This document shows positions 1-9,386 of a DNA stretch of 64,000 nucleotides, piece after piece. Position 1 is the first letter of the stretch; each line of letters begins with the position of its first letter. A program made the position numbers and the translations under genes. The notes beneath the pieces were generated by a model. It was not told the DNA's origin. It was given only the letters and a program-made list of their open reading frames with translations, and made no database searches. Location: positions 6,108-70,107 of the forward strand of contig JAFYBN010000125.1 of assembly GCA_017540175.1 (NCBI GenBank). The letters run 5' to 3'. The DNA is from Clostridia bacterium. GTDB taxonomy: Bacteria > Bacillota > Clostridia > Oscillospirales > CAG-272.

Positions 1-102
1 GGAGCTTTCTTCCGAAGGAGACAGGCTCGCCGTCCGGCGTGAAACGCGCGAGGATCTTCTGGCGCTTGATCTTTAATCATTCCAGACGGGAGGCAGACCT
101 TA

Positions 103-765
103 TTGAGCACTTCCAGACTGATCGAGTTTTTGTTCGTCATACCGTGCGTTCTCATCGCCCTGAGCGTTCATGAGGTCTCGCACGGCTGGATGGCATACAA
201 GCTCGGCGACCCCACGGCGAAAAACATGGGCCGCCTGACGCTCAATCCCTTAAAGCACCTCGATCCGATCGGCACCCTGTGCATGATCTTCTTCCACTTC
301 GGATGGGCGCGTCCCGTTCCGATCAACACGCGGTATTTCAAGAACAACAAGCGCGACACCGCGCTGACCGCTGCCGCGGGACCGATCTCGAACTTCATCA
401 TGGCGTTCGCCGGCGTGCTGTTTTTCCAGATTTTCGCCGTCATTTTCGCGCATCATCCGGCGCAGTCCGAGTTCGCCGTTCATCTGCAGTCCGGCGTTCT
501 CACGCTCTTCTACACCTTCCATGTTCTGAACCTGTCGCTCGGGCTGTTCAACCTCATTCCCGTGCCTCCGCTCGACGGCTCGCGCATTTTTCTCGTGTGG
601 TTGCCGCCGAAGTACTATTTCGGCGTGATGCAATACGAGCGCTATATCCAGATCGCTCTGCTGATCCTCCTGTGGACAGGGCTGTTGACCCTTCCGCTCG
701 GGAAAGCGGTCAACGCGATCTCGGGCGGCATGGCATGGTTCGCGGATCTGATCATCCCCGGATAA
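103..765 (+). CDS. Site-2 protease family (peptidase M50) membrane zinc metalloprotease
   Basis: 220-aa ORF, TTG start 9 nt after GGGAGG; HEVSHG (HExxH) inside the first hydrophobic helix; second M50 motif NLIPVPPLDGSR; several further TM helices. Confidence 0.85.
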   Translation: MSTSRLIEFLFVIPCVLIALSVHEVSHGWMAYKLGDPTAKNMGRLTLNPLKHLDPIGTLCMIFFHFGWARPVPINTRYFKNNKRDTALTAAAGPISNFIMAFAGVLFFQIFAVIFAHHPAQSEFAVHLQSGVLTLFYTFHVLNLSLGLFNLIPVPPLDGSRIFLVWLPPKYYFGVMQYERYIQIALLILLWTGLLTLPLGKAVNAISGGMAWFADLIIPG

Positions 766-769
766 CGCC

Positions 770-1540
770 ATGATCCAATACAAGCTCGAAACCTTCGAGG
801 GGCCGCTCGATCTGCTGCTGTCCCTCGTCGCGAAGCATAAGCTCGATATCAGCGACATCCCGATCGATCTGCTCTGCGAGCAGTACATGGCGTACATCAA
901 GGACGCCGAGGAGCACGACGTCGCGCTCGCCTGCGAATTCCTTCTGATGGCGAGCGAGCTCATGCTCATCAAAAGCCGGATGCTCCTGCCGCGCGATCCC
1001 GCATCGTCGGAGGACCCGCGCAAGCCCCTTGTCGACGCCCTCATCGAATATCAGCGCGCGAAGCTCGCGGCGGGCGAGCTGTCCGATCTCTTCCGTCTCT
1101 ACGGCGGACGGACGGCGAAGGAACAGGACGACGTCTCCCCCGACCGGACCTATGTCGCCGACCACGCGGTCGATCTGCTCCGCGCCGCGCTCGTCCACGT
1201 ATTCACGGAGACGAAATTCTCCGAAAAGACCGTGCGGGAAGAATTCTCCGGCATCGTCAATGCCCCCCGCATTCCGGTGGAGGACGTGATCGCCCGTCTG
1301 ATCGGAGGTCTGCGCGAAAAGAACGCGGATCTCGAAGACTATTTCCGCCGTTCGGAGAGCCGCGCGGAGGTCATCGCGAAATTCATCGGGATCCTCGAAC
1401 TTTTGAAATTCCACATCATCGAGCTGCGCGAATCGATCACCGAGGAAAACGTCACCGACGTGTACTCCCACGCCGAAATCGTTCTCATTGCCACGGACGA
1501 GGAGATCGCCGCCGCCCAGCTTGAATCGAACGATTATTGA
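770..1540 (+). CDS. scpA: Segregation and condensation protein A (kleisin)
   Basis: 256 aa; N-terminus MIQYKLETFEGPLDLLLSLVAKHKLDISDIPI is the conserved ScpA start; ATG 4 nt after the upstream stop; followed by scpB. Confidence 0.9.
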   Translation: MIQYKLETFEGPLDLLLSLVAKHKLDISDIPIDLLCEQYMAYIKDAEEHDVALACEFLLMASELMLIKSRMLLPRDPASSEDPRKPLVDALIEYQRAKLAAGELSDLFRLYGGRTAKEQDDVSPDRTYVADHAVDLLRAALVHVFTETKFSEKTVREEFSGIVNAPRIPVEDVIARLIGGLREKNADLEDYFRRSESRAEVIAKFIGILELLKFHIIELRESITEENVTDVYSHAEIVLIATDEEIAAAQLESNDY

Positions 1541-1555
1541 TCGCAAAGGTATTCC

Positions 1556-2179
1556 ATGGACAAAAACCTTGAAGAAGAAATCGTATTTTACACCCCGGAG
1601 CAGCAGTTCGCCGTCATCGAGGCTTGTCTGTTCGCGGCGGGTCATCCTCTGAGCTATGAAAAGCTCGGCGAGGTCCTTCGGATCACCCCGGGAGAATGCG
1701 CCGATGTCGTGGAGAAAATGGCGTCCCTGTACAACAGCGGGGACGGCTTCCCCCGCGGCGTCATCCTCGTACGCTTTCCGGATTCCTGCCAGCTCTGCAC
1801 GAAGGAGATCTATTCGACCGAGATCCGGCAGGCGCTCGGCATCCGGCGGGGCGGTCATCTCTCGCAGTCCCTGCTCGAGGTGCTCGCGATCGTCGCGTAC
1901 AACCAGCCGAGCACGCGCGCCTTTGTCGACGCGGTCCGGGGCGTGGATTCGAGCTACGCGGTGGGCGCGCTGCTCGAGAAAAATCTCATCGAACCCTGCG
2001 GAAAACTGGACGCGCCCGGCCGTCCGACGCTCTACCGCACCACGACGGATTTTCTCCGCGTGTTCGGGATCGCGAGTCTGAACGAGCTGCCCGCGGTCCG
2101 CGTCAAAAACGACGCGGGTGAAACCGTCGAAATCACGCCGGAGCATAAGCCGGAACCGGATCCCTCGCCGGCGGAATAA
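1556..2179 (+). CDS. scpB: Segregation and condensation protein B
   Basis: 207 aa; ScpB winged-helix patterns IEACLFAAGHPLSYEKL and LEVLAIVAYNQPSTRAFVDAVRG; immediately downstream of scpA. Confidence 0.9.
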   Translation: MDKNLEEEIVFYTPEQQFAVIEACLFAAGHPLSYEKLGEVLRITPGECADVVEKMASLYNSGDGFPRGVILVRFPDSCQLCTKEIYSTEIRQALGIRRGGHLSQSLLEVLAIVAYNQPSTRAFVDAVRGVDSSYAVGALLEKNLIEPCGKLDAPGRPTLYRTTTDFLRVFGIASLNELPAVRVKNDAGETVEITPEHKPEPDPSPAE

Positions 2180-2218
2180 GCGCGTCTCTGAGGAAACACG
2201 GAAAGGAGGTCATGCCCC

Positions 2219-2926
2219 TTGATCGTTTTGTATATCCTGCTCGGCATCGTGCTCTTCTTCGCACTACTCTTCTGGATGAAGGTCAGGGTCTTTGTCCGCC
2301 TCGAGGACGAAATGACGCTCCGCGCCGGTTACGGACCGATCGTTTTGACCCTTGTTCCGAAGAAAAAGAAAAAGCCCGTGAGCATCAAGGACTTTACTTA
2401 TAAAAAGCATCAGAAGCGCCTCGCGAAGGACAGAGCCGCCGCGGAGAAAAAAGCGCTGAAGAAGAAAAAGAAGAAGGAAGAAAGCGATAAGAAGAAAAAA
2501 GCCAAGGAGCTCGAAAAGAAGGTCCAGAAGCTTGCCGAAAAGCACGACGGGGACAAGGACGTGAACAAGATCGCGTTCATCGTCGATCTCGTCAAATTGG
2601 GACTGGGCGAGCTCGCGGCGTTCCCCGGCTATCTCCACACGGATATCAAAATGCTCGACATCACCGTCGCCTCCGACGAGGCGGCAAGCACGGCGATCAA
2701 GTACGGAGCGATCTCGGCGGCGGTTTACAATCTGCTCGAGATCCTGAGAGCCAAGACCGTCATGCGCGCGCGGAAAAACGCCGTCATCGACGTACGCCCC
2801 GATTTCTGCTCGGAAAAAACCATATTCCATGTGGATTTCAGCGTCAAGATCCGCGTCTTCTCCTTCGTCCGCATCGGCTGGCACTTCCTTGTCTGGTTTG
2901 TGAAGCAGAAAATGAAGCGGGACTGA
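2219..2926 (+). CDS. DUF2953/YtfI-like membrane-anchored sporulation-associated protein
   Basis: 235 aa; TTG start 10 nt after GGAGG; N-terminal TM helix, Lys-rich linker, C-terminal globular part; sits directly upstream of ytfJ as DUF2953 genes do in spore formers. Assigned from architecture and position only. Confidence 0.55.
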   Translation: MIVLYILLGIVLFFALLFWMKVRVFVRLEDEMTLRAGYGPIVLTLVPKKKKKPVSIKDFTYKKHQKRLAKDRAAAEKKALKKKKKKEESDKKKKAKELEKKVQKLAEKHDGDKDVNKIAFIVDLVKLGLGELAAFPGYLHTDIKMLDITVASDEAASTAIKYGAISAAVYNLLEILRAKTVMRARKNAVIDVRPDFCSEKTIFHVDFSVKIRVFSFVRIGWHFLVWFVKQKMKRD

Positions 2927-3026
2927 TTCCCGCGACGTGCGGGCATTCCCCGCTTTCCCGATCCCAACCGTCGTCAGTAATCCTTATATATTATGAATAC
3001 GATATCATTTCATACGGAGGTTCACC

Positions 3027-3467
3027 ATGGCTGAAAACAGACTCGGCGAAATGAACAAGAATTCCATCGATTCCCTCGCGGGACTGATCGACCCCAACGC
3101 CGTCGTCGGCACGCCCATCGAAACGGCGAGCGGAACCACCATCATCCCGATCACGAAGATGTCGGTCGGCTACGCGTCCGGCGGCGTGGACTACGCGTCG
3201 AAGAAGGACGTTTCCGGCAAGCCCGGCAATTTCGGCGGAGGCGGCGGAACGGGACTCACAGTCTCCCCGGTCGCGTTCATCGTGGTACAGCCGGACGGAA
3301 ACGTCTCCCTGCTCAACGTCGGCGCGCCCGCGCCGAGCGGCGGCTCCGCGCCCTCCGTGCCCGCGGATTCCGTTTCCCAGGTCGTCGGGTTCCTCGAACG
3401 CTCCCCCGATCTGATCGAGCGCATCAAGGCGATTTTCTCGAAGAAAAAAGAAGAAAACAAGATCTGA
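3027..3467 (+). CDS. ytfJ: Sporulation protein YtfJ (GerW family)
   Basis: 146 aa; TIIPITKMSVGYASGG and GGGGTGLTVSPVAFIVV motifs typical of YtfJ/GerW; GGAGG RBS before the ATG. Confidence 0.8.
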   Translation: MAENRLGEMNKNSIDSLAGLIDPNAVVGTPIETASGTTIIPITKMSVGYASGGVDYASKKDVSGKPGNFGGGGGTGLTVSPVAFIVVQPDGNVSLLNVGAPAPSGGSAPSVPADSVSQVVGFLERSPDLIERIKAIFSKKKEENKI

Positions 3468-3561
3468 CGATCATTTCCGCGCATAAATGTGCCTCAGCCG
3501 GGTATGCTGTGAGCAGAAAACGCGAGTTTTCGACGAATCACTGTTGCCCGGCGGAGGTTTT

Positions 3562-4668
3562 ATGAAACGCACACTTGCCCTTCTTTTGGCCGTGCTCCTG
3601 CTTCTTTTGCCCTGCGCGTCCGTCCCCGTATCTGCCGGCGCGCCGGGTACTTCCGCGCGCGCCGCTTTTCTCATGGAGGCGGGCGGGGCTGTTCTCTACG
3701 AAAAGAACGCGGACGAGCGTCTTCCGATGGCGAGCACCACGAAGATCATGACGGCGCTTGTCGCGCTCGACTGCCTTGATCCGGACGCTCTTGTCACGGT
3801 TCCTCCCGAGGCGTGCGGTGTGGAGGGCTCAAGCGTCTATCTCTCCCCCGGCGAAAAGCTCACGGCGCGCGATCTGCTCGCCGCCGTTCTGCTTGAAAGC
3901 GCGAACGACGCGGCAGCCGCTCTCGCGTTCGCGGCGGCGGGCGGCATCGAACCCTTCGCGGAGCTGATGAACGAAAAGGCCGCGCAGCTCGGGCTTATGT
4001 CGACCCATTTCGTCAATCCGCACGGGCTGGACGACGAGGAGCACTACACGACCGCCCGCGACCTCGCGCGGTTGACCGCAGAAGCGCTCCGAAACGATTT
4101 GTTCCGCTCCCTCGTCGGCATGAAAAACGCCGTCATCGAACGGGATGGGCCCGGTCCGCGCGCGCTCATCAACCACAACCGCCTGCTCCGTATGTCCGAG
4201 GACGTGATCGGCGTCAAGACCGGCTATACGAAGCGCAGCGGGAGGTGTCTTGTTTCCGCGGCGCAAAAGGACGGCGTGCTTCTGATCGCCGTCACGCTTT
4301 CGGACCCCGACGACTGGGACGACCATCTCGCGCTTCACGCCTACGGCTTCTCCCGGTGCCGCCGCGTCATCCTCGCGGAGGCGGGGGAGATCGTGCTGCG
4401 CGTCCCCTGCGCAGGCGCGCCGGACGGTTTCGTGACCGCCTCGAATCCCTCAGCACTCTCGCTCTGCCTGACGGACAGCCCGGCTCTGTCCCGCGTGATC
4501 GAGGGAGAGCGGCTCTTGTTCGCGCCCGTCGAAAAAGGGACGCGGATCGGCGTCGTCACGTTTTACGCGGACGGAAAACCCGTCGCCTCCCTTCCCCTCC
4601 TCGCCGCGGAATCGATTCCCGCTCCGGAGGAGAAATCCTTCTTCGGTTTTTTCCGGAGGACCCGATGA
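3562..4668 (+). CDS. dacB: D-alanyl-D-alanine carboxypeptidase (peptidase S11)
   Basis: Track ORF 3487..4668. Start placed at signal peptide MKRTLALLLAVLL (ATG 3562). SxxK active site ASTTKIMT, SxN (ESANDAA) and KTG (VKTGYT) motifs. Position after scpAB mirrors B. subtilis dacB. Confidence 0.85.
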   Translation: MKRTLALLLAVLLLLLPCASVPVSAGAPGTSARAAFLMEAGGAVLYEKNADERLPMASTTKIMTALVALDCLDPDALVTVPPEACGVEGSSVYLSPGEKLTARDLLAAVLLESANDAAAALAFAAAGGIEPFAELMNEKAAQLGLMSTHFVNPHGLDDEEHYTTARDLARLTAEALRNDLFRSLVGMKNAVIERDGPGPRALINHNRLLRMSEDVIGVKTGYTKRSGRCLVSAAQKDGVLLIAVTLSDPDDWDDHLALHAYGFSRCRRVILAEAGEIVLRVPCAGAPDGFVTASNPSALSLCLTDSPALSRVIEGERLLFAPVEKGTRIGVVTFYADGKPVASLPLLAAESIPAPEEKSFFGFFRRTR

Positions 4669-5405
4669 ACGAAATCAGATTATCGAAATACCTGACCGAC
4701 TGCGGCGTGATGTCCCGGCGCGCCGCGGATCGGGAAATCACCGCCGGGACGATCACCGTCAACGGAGAGAGGGCGGTTCTCGGCCAGAAGATCGATCCGG
4801 AGACGGACGTGATCCTCTGGCGCGGGAAAAGGATCCGCGCGCGGGTGTTCTCGGACGAGCATCCGCATACTTATATTCTTCTGAACAAGCCCGTCGGCTA
4901 CGTCACGACGATGAAGGACGACGGGGGGAGAAAAACCGTCGCCGATCTGACGCAAAACGTCGGGACGCGGGTCTATCCCGTCGGGCGGCTCGATTACTAT
5001 TCGGACGGGCTCTTGCTCATGACGGACGACGGCGAGCTGACGAACCGCATTCTTCACCCCTCCCACGAGATCCCGAAGCGGTATCTCGCGACGATCCATT
5101 CCCTGCTGACCGAGGAGGACCTCGAAGCGCTCGCGGAACCGTTCGAGCTCGACGGGTACATGCTCCGTCCGTTCGGCGTCGAATTCGTCCGGTACGAGAA
5201 GTCGAACGGCGTCCCTTCCACGGTCGTGCGCTTCACGCTCTACGAGGGCCGCAACCGCGAGATCCGGAGAATCTGCGCGCGGTACGGGGCGAAGCTCTCC
5301 CGGCTGACGCGCGTCTCCATCGGCGAGCTGACCCTCGACGGCATCCCCTCCGGCAAGTGGCGGCCCCTGAACGACGAGGAGCTGCGCTACGTCAAATCCC
5401 TGTAA
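4665..5405 (+). CDS. rluB: rRNA pseudouridine synthase, RsuA/RluB family
   Basis: Inner start of track ORF 4245..5405 at MNEIRLSKYL (ATGA overlap with the dacB stop); S4 domain followed by catalytic motif VYPVGRLDYYSDGLLLMTDDGEL. Confidence 0.85.
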   Translation: MNEIRLSKYLTDCGVMSRRAADREITAGTITVNGERAVLGQKIDPETDVILWRGKRIRARVFSDEHPHTYILLNKPVGYVTTMKDDGGRKTVADLTQNVGTRVYPVGRLDYYSDGLLLMTDDGELTNRILHPSHEIPKRYLATIHSLLTEEDLEALAEPFELDGYMLRPFGVEFVRYEKSNGVPSTVVRFTLYEGRNREIRRICARYGAKLSRLTRVSIGELTLDGIPSGKWRPLNDEELRYVKSL

Positions 5406-5441
5406 ACGGCGGCGACGCGCGCCGCATGAAAAGAGGAAACT

Positions 5442-5849
5442 ATGTTTGTTGTTCAACCCGTCCGCTCGCGCGAGATGCAAGAATCGCTCGCGCACATCGC
5501 GGAATGCCCGTTTTACGAGAATACCTACGCTTTCTTCGCCGCCGATCTGACCGACGACGCGTCGGAAGTGACGAAGATTCTCGGGCTCGCGCAGTTCACC
5601 TACGCGCCGGAGGAGGCGGTCTTCCTCTCGATCAAGGCCGTGCCCGGCTCCGAGGACGACGAGGCGATCATCGTGATGGTGCGCGCCGTCATGGCGTTTC
5701 TCAACCGCGCGGAGATCCCCTTCGTGTACGCGGCGGAGGGCTCGGCGGATCCCGCGTATCTCAAAAAGCTCGGCTTCCGTCCGACGGAGGACGGCAGGCA
5801 GGGCATCGATCTTCAGAAGTTTTACCGCTCGCACGGGCATGAGGCGTAA
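5442..5849 (+). CDS. Hypothetical protein (possibly GNAT-fold related)
   Basis: 135-aa ORF, ATG after AAGAGGAAA; only weak resemblance to acetyltransferase C-termini (YLKKLGFRP); followed by a strong terminator. Confidence 0.5.
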   Translation: MFVVQPVRSREMQESLAHIAECPFYENTYAFFAADLTDDASEVTKILGLAQFTYAPEEAVFLSIKAVPGSEDDEAIIVMVRAVMAFLNRAEIPFVYAAEGSADPAYLKKLGFRPTEDGRQGIDLQKFYRSHGHEA

Positions 5850-5859
5850 TATACAAAGA

Positions 5860-5895
5860 AAACGGAGACGTCCCGAAGGACTCTCCGTTTTTTTG
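5860..5895. terminator. Bidirectional rho-independent terminator between convergent genes
   Basis: Stem CGGAGACGTCC / GGACTCTCCG with CGAA loop (5863-5887), flanked by an A-run upstream and TTTTTTT downstream. Confidence 0.8.
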
Positions 5896-5919
5896 TTGAA
5901 GGGGGACGTTGCTTTCCGG

Positions 5920-7119
5920 TCACAGTCTCTCAGCGACGGCGTTCAGGAATTCGAGCGTGGTGACTTTTTTCTTGGTCGGCAGTTTCGAAAGAAGCCAGAG
6001 GTCGCCGGTCATCACGCCGTCCTCGATGGTCTTGACGCACGCCGCCTCGAGCCGGTCGGCGAAGGCGCAGAGCTCGGGGAGCTCGTCCAGCTCGCCGCGC
6101 TTGCGGAGTGCGCCCGTCCACGCATAGATCGTGGCGACGCTGTTCGTGGAGGTCTCCTCGCCCTTGAGGTATTTGTAATAATGCCGCTGGACGGTGCCGT
6201 GCGCTGCCTCGTATTCGTACGCCCCGGTCGGGGAGACGAGCACGGAGGTCATCATGGCGAGCGAGCCGTACGCCGTTGCGAGCATGTCGCTCATGATGTC
6301 GCCGTCATAATTCTTGCACGCCCAGACAAATCCGCCCTCGCTGCGCACCACGCGGGCGACCGCGTCGTCGATCAGGGTATAGAAATACGTGATCCCGAGC
6401 TCTTCGAACTTTGCGCGGAACTCGTTTTCGTAAATCTGTGCCCAGATATCCTTGAAGCGGTGGTCGTAGGTCTTCGAGATGGTGTCCTTCGCCGCGAACC
6501 AGAGGTCCTGCTTCGTGTCGGCGGCATAGCGGAACGCGCACCGGGCAAAGCTCGAAATCGACGCGTCGGTGTTGTGGATGCCCTGCGCGATGCCCGCGGA
6601 ATTCTTAAATTCCTGAATGAGATGCCTCGTCTCGTTCCCCTCGGCGTCCGTGATGACGAGCTCGGCTTTGCCTCCGGCCGGGACCTTCGCCTCCACGTTC
6701 TTGTAGACGTCTCCGTAGGCGTGACGCGCTATGGTGATGGGCTTCTTCCAGGTCGGGAGGTAGGGCTCGATGCCTTTGACGAGGATGGGCGCGCGGAAGA
6801 CGGTCCCGTCCATGACGGCGCGAATGGTTCCGTTCGGAGATTTCCACATTTCCTTCAGTCCGTACTCCGTGACACGCGCGGCGTTGGGGGTGATGGTCGC
6901 GCACTTCACCGCAACGCCGTATTTCAGCGCCGCCTCGGCGGACTCGGTGGTCACGCGGTCGTCCGTCGCGTCCCGGTTTTTCAGCCCGAGGTCGTAGTAT
7001 TCGGTTTTGAGCTCCACATGGGGCTCGATGAGGATGTCCTTGATCCACTTCCAGATCACCCGGGTCATCTCGTCCCCGTCCATTTCGACGAGGGGCGTTT
7101 TCATCTGAATCTTCGCCAT
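5920..7119 (-). CDS. icd: NADP-dependent isocitrate dehydrogenase (about 400-aa homodimeric type)
   Basis: ATG 7119 lies 6 nt after AAGGAG (the track ORF begins one codon earlier at GTG 7122); AKIQMKTPLVEMDGDEMTRVIWKWIKD... matches this IDH family end to end. Confidence 0.92.
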   Translation of the reverse strand: MAKIQMKTPLVEMDGDEMTRVIWKWIKDILIEPHVELKTEYYDLGLKNRDATDDRVTTESAEAALKYGVAVKCATITPNAARVTEYGLKEMWKSPNGTIRAVMDGTVFRAPILVKGIEPYLPTWKKPITIARHAYGDVYKNVEAKVPAGGKAELVITDAEGNETRHLIQEFKNSAGIAQGIHNTDASISSFARCAFRYAADTKQDLWFAAKDTISKTYDHRFKDIWAQIYENEFRAKFEELGITYFYTLIDDAVARVVRSEGGFVWACKNYDGDIMSDMLATAYGSLAMMTSVLVSPTGAYEYEAAHGTVQRHYYKYLKGEETSTNSVATIYAWTGALRKRGELDELPELCAFADRLEAACVKTIEDGVMTGDLWLLSKLPTKKKVTTLEFLNAVAERL

Positions 7120-7129
7120 CACAAACTCC

Positions 7130-9064
7130 TTATTTCAGCTTCGCTTTCGTGTAGTCGAGCAGACCGCCGCAGAGCAGGATGTCGCGCATCCGGGGGCTCA
7201 GCTCGCATTTCGTTTCGAATTCCCTGCCGCGGGTGAGGTTCTTCACCTTCACGGCTCCTCCGGCGCGCACCTGATCTCTGAGGTCCTCCACGGCGAGGAT
7301 GTCGCCCTGACGGATGTTTTCGTAATCCTCGTCGCTCGTGAACTCGAGGGGAAGGATGCCCGCGTTGATCAGGTTCTGCTTATGGATGCGGGCGAAGGAT
7401 TTCACGATCACCGCCTTCACGCCGAGATACAGAGGCGCGAGCGCGGCGTGTTCGCGGGAAGAGCCCTGCCCGTAGTTCGAGCCGCCGACGACAATGGATT
7501 TGCCGAGCGCGAGCGCGCGGGACGGGAAGCTCTCGTCGCAGACCTCGAAGCAGTGCTTCGAGATTTCAGGAATATTGGAGCGCAGGGGAAGGATCTTCGC
7601 GCCCGCGGGCATGATGTGGTCGGTCGTGATGTTGTTGCCGACCTTGAGCGAGCATTCCGCCGTCAGGTGATCGGCAAGAGGCTCGGTCTTCGGGTACTCC
7701 TTGATGTTGGGACCGCGCAGGATCGCGATCTTTTCCGCGTCCTTCGGGGAGGCGGGCGGGGTGATCATGTTGTCGTTCACGCGGAAGGTCTCGGGCATGG
7801 GCTTGATCTCAAGCTCGCCGAGCTCGCGCGGGTCGGAGAAGACGCCCGCGACGGCGGACGCCGCCGCGACCTCGGGGGAGACGAGATAGACCTGCGCGTC
7901 GCGGGTGCCGGAGCGGCCCTCGAAATTGCGGTTGAAGGTGCGCAGGGAAATGCCGCCGGAATTCGGGGACTGCCCCATCCCGATGCAGGGACCGCACGCG
8001 GATTCGAGAATGCGCGCGCCCGCCCCGATGATATCGGCGAGGGAACCGTCCTCCGCCATCATGGCGAGCACCTGCTTTGAGCCGGGGGAGACGGAGAGCG
8101 ACACGTCCGGATGGACCGTTCTGCCTTTCAGGATCGCGGCGACCTTGTGCATGTCGGCAAGGGAGGAGTTCGTGCAGGAGCCGATGCAGACCTGATCGAT
8201 CTTCATGCCTTTCAGCTCGGTCGCGGATTTGACGTTGTCGGGAGAATGGGGGCACGACGCCATCGGCTCGAGCGCGGAGAGGTCGATTTCGACGACCTCG
8301 TCGTATTCCGCGTCCGCATCCGCCGCAAGGGGCAGCCAGACGTCCTCCCTGCCCTGCGCCCGGAGGAATGCGAGAGTGTTTTCATCCGAGGGGAAGATCG
8401 AGGTCGTCGCGCCGAGCTCCGCGCCCATGTTCGTGATCGTGGCGCGTTCCGGGACGCTCAGGGTCTTCACACCCTCGCCGGTGTATTCGATGATCTTGCC
8501 GACGCCGCCCTTGACGCTCAGGATCGAAAGCAGCTTCAGGATCACGTCCTTCGCGGCGACCCAGGGGCTGAGCTTGCCCGTGAGCTCGACTTTCACGATC
8601 TTCGGATAATTGATGTAATACGCGCCGCCGCCCATCGCGACCGCCACGTCCAGTCCGCCCGCTCCGATCGCGAGCATGCCCAGGCCGCCGCCCGTGGGGG
8701 TGTGGCTGTCCGAGCCGATGAGGGTCTTGCCCGGCGCGCCGAAGCGCTCGAGATGCACCTGATGGCAGATGCCGTTGCCCGGGCGGGAATAATAGATCCC
8801 GTGCTTCTTCGCAACGGAGGCGATGAAGCGGTGGTCGTCCGCGTTCTCGAAGCCGGACTGGAGGGTGTTGTGGTCAATGTAGGCGACGCTGCGCTCCGTT
8901 CTGACCTGGGAGATGCCCATCGCTTCGAATTCGATGTACGCCATCGTGCCCGTCGCGTCCTGCGTGAGCGTCTGGTCGATTTTCAGACCGATCTCGGAGC
9001 CCTTCTTGAATTCCCCGTCGGCGAGGTGGGAGAGCATGATTTTTTCCGCGAGTGTGAGTCCCAT
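7130..9064 (-). CDS. Aconitate hydratase
   Basis: Track ORF 7130..9229; start placed at MGLTLAEKIM (ATG 9064); aconitase motifs IGSDSHT, GSCTNSS, CGPCIGMGQ and swivel-domain GSSREHA; stop codon overlaps the icd RBS. Confidence 0.9.
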   Translation of the reverse strand: MGLTLAEKIMLSHLADGEFKKGSEIGLKIDQTLTQDATGTMAYIEFEAMGISQVRTERSVAYIDHNTLQSGFENADDHRFIASVAKKHGIYYSRPGNGICHQVHLERFGAPGKTLIGSDSHTPTGGGLGMLAIGAGGLDVAVAMGGGAYYINYPKIVKVELTGKLSPWVAAKDVILKLLSILSVKGGVGKIIEYTGEGVKTLSVPERATITNMGAELGATTSIFPSDENTLAFLRAQGREDVWLPLAADADAEYDEVVEIDLSALEPMASCPHSPDNVKSATELKGMKIDQVCIGSCTNSSLADMHKVAAILKGRTVHPDVSLSVSPGSKQVLAMMAEDGSLADIIGAGARILESACGPCIGMGQSPNSGGISLRTFNRNFEGRSGTRDAQVYLVSPEVAAASAVAGVFSDPRELGELEIKPMPETFRVNDNMITPPASPKDAEKIAILRGPNIKEYPKTEPLADHLTAECSLKVGNNITTDHIMPAGAKILPLRSNIPEISKHCFEVCDESFPSRALALGKSIVVGGSNYGQGSSREHAALAPLYLGVKAVIVKSFARIHKQNLINAGILPLEFTSDEDYENIRQGDILAVEDLRDQVRAGGAVKVKNLTRGREFETKCELSPRMRDILLCGGLLDYTKAKLK

Positions 9065-9148
9065 GGGAAACGTTCCTTCTTTCGATGAATAATTTTGAAC
9101 GAAACGCTGTATATTTTCTGTATATCTGTTATAAATATGCCGATCAAT

Positions 9149-9177
9149 ATTATACCACACAATCTCCCTTCTGTCAA
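9149..9177 (-). promoter_or_regulatory. SigmaA-type promoter for acn-icd
   Basis: Minus strand reads TTGACA (9177-9172), 17-nt spacer, TGgTATAAT (-10 at 9154-9149). Confidence 0.6.
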
Positions 9178-9271
9178 GAGGATTCGCGAATTCCCCCCTC
9201 TCACACCCTTTTCTCGGTAAATTCCGCACAAAATTTTTTTCTGAGACCGAAACATCCGTGCAATTCTCCGA

Positions 9272-9301
9272 TTGACAGCGGACGCGGAAATATGGTATAA
9301 T
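9272..9301 (+). promoter_or_regulatory. SigmaA-type promoter for the pyr operon
   Basis: TTGACA 9272-9277, 18-nt spacer, extended -10 TGgTATAAT (TATAAT 9296-9301). Confidence 0.6.
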
Positions 9302-9386
9302 ATCAAAAATCAGCGGTCGGTTCCCGTGCCGGAATCAAAGCCTTCCGGACGGCGCGATTCGCCCGCTCCGATTTCCGGAGGGTACC

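Noticed and set aside
2-76. Open frame ending at TAA 74-76 (...ELSSEGDRLAVRRETREDLLALDL*), possibly the 3' end of an upstream plus-strand gene
   Set aside because: Only 24 codons are visible, which is too little to identify or to call a feature.
2370-2530. Purine-rich AAG/AAA-repeat stretch that looks like a tandem DNA repeat
   Set aside because: It is in frame within the DUF2953-like gene and encodes a Lys/Glu-rich linker (KKKKKP...KKKKKKEESDKKKKAKELEKK). It is low-complexity coding sequence, not a repeat element.
9065-9229. N-terminal extensions offered by the ORF track (for example aconitase to 9229; also 3487-3561, 4245-4664, 14515-14598, 15138-15509, 17429-17884, 38646-38873, 41216-41287, 50191-50448, 51525-51584)
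   Set aside because: The extensions run through promoters or upstream genes, lack an RBS and do not match family N-termini. Internal ATGs with an RBS or ATGA coupling give canonical protein starts.
9302-9386. Possible PyrR-binding attenuator in the pyr leader. There is a hairpin CCGGAA-N8-TTCCGG, and the alternative pairing of CCGGAATC with GATTTCCGG lies next to the RBS
   Set aside because: There is no terminator T-run. Resemblance to the PyrR box (UCCAGAGAGG-type loop) is weak (UUUCCGGAGGG overlaps the SD), and no pyrR gene is in the window. I cannot support a call.
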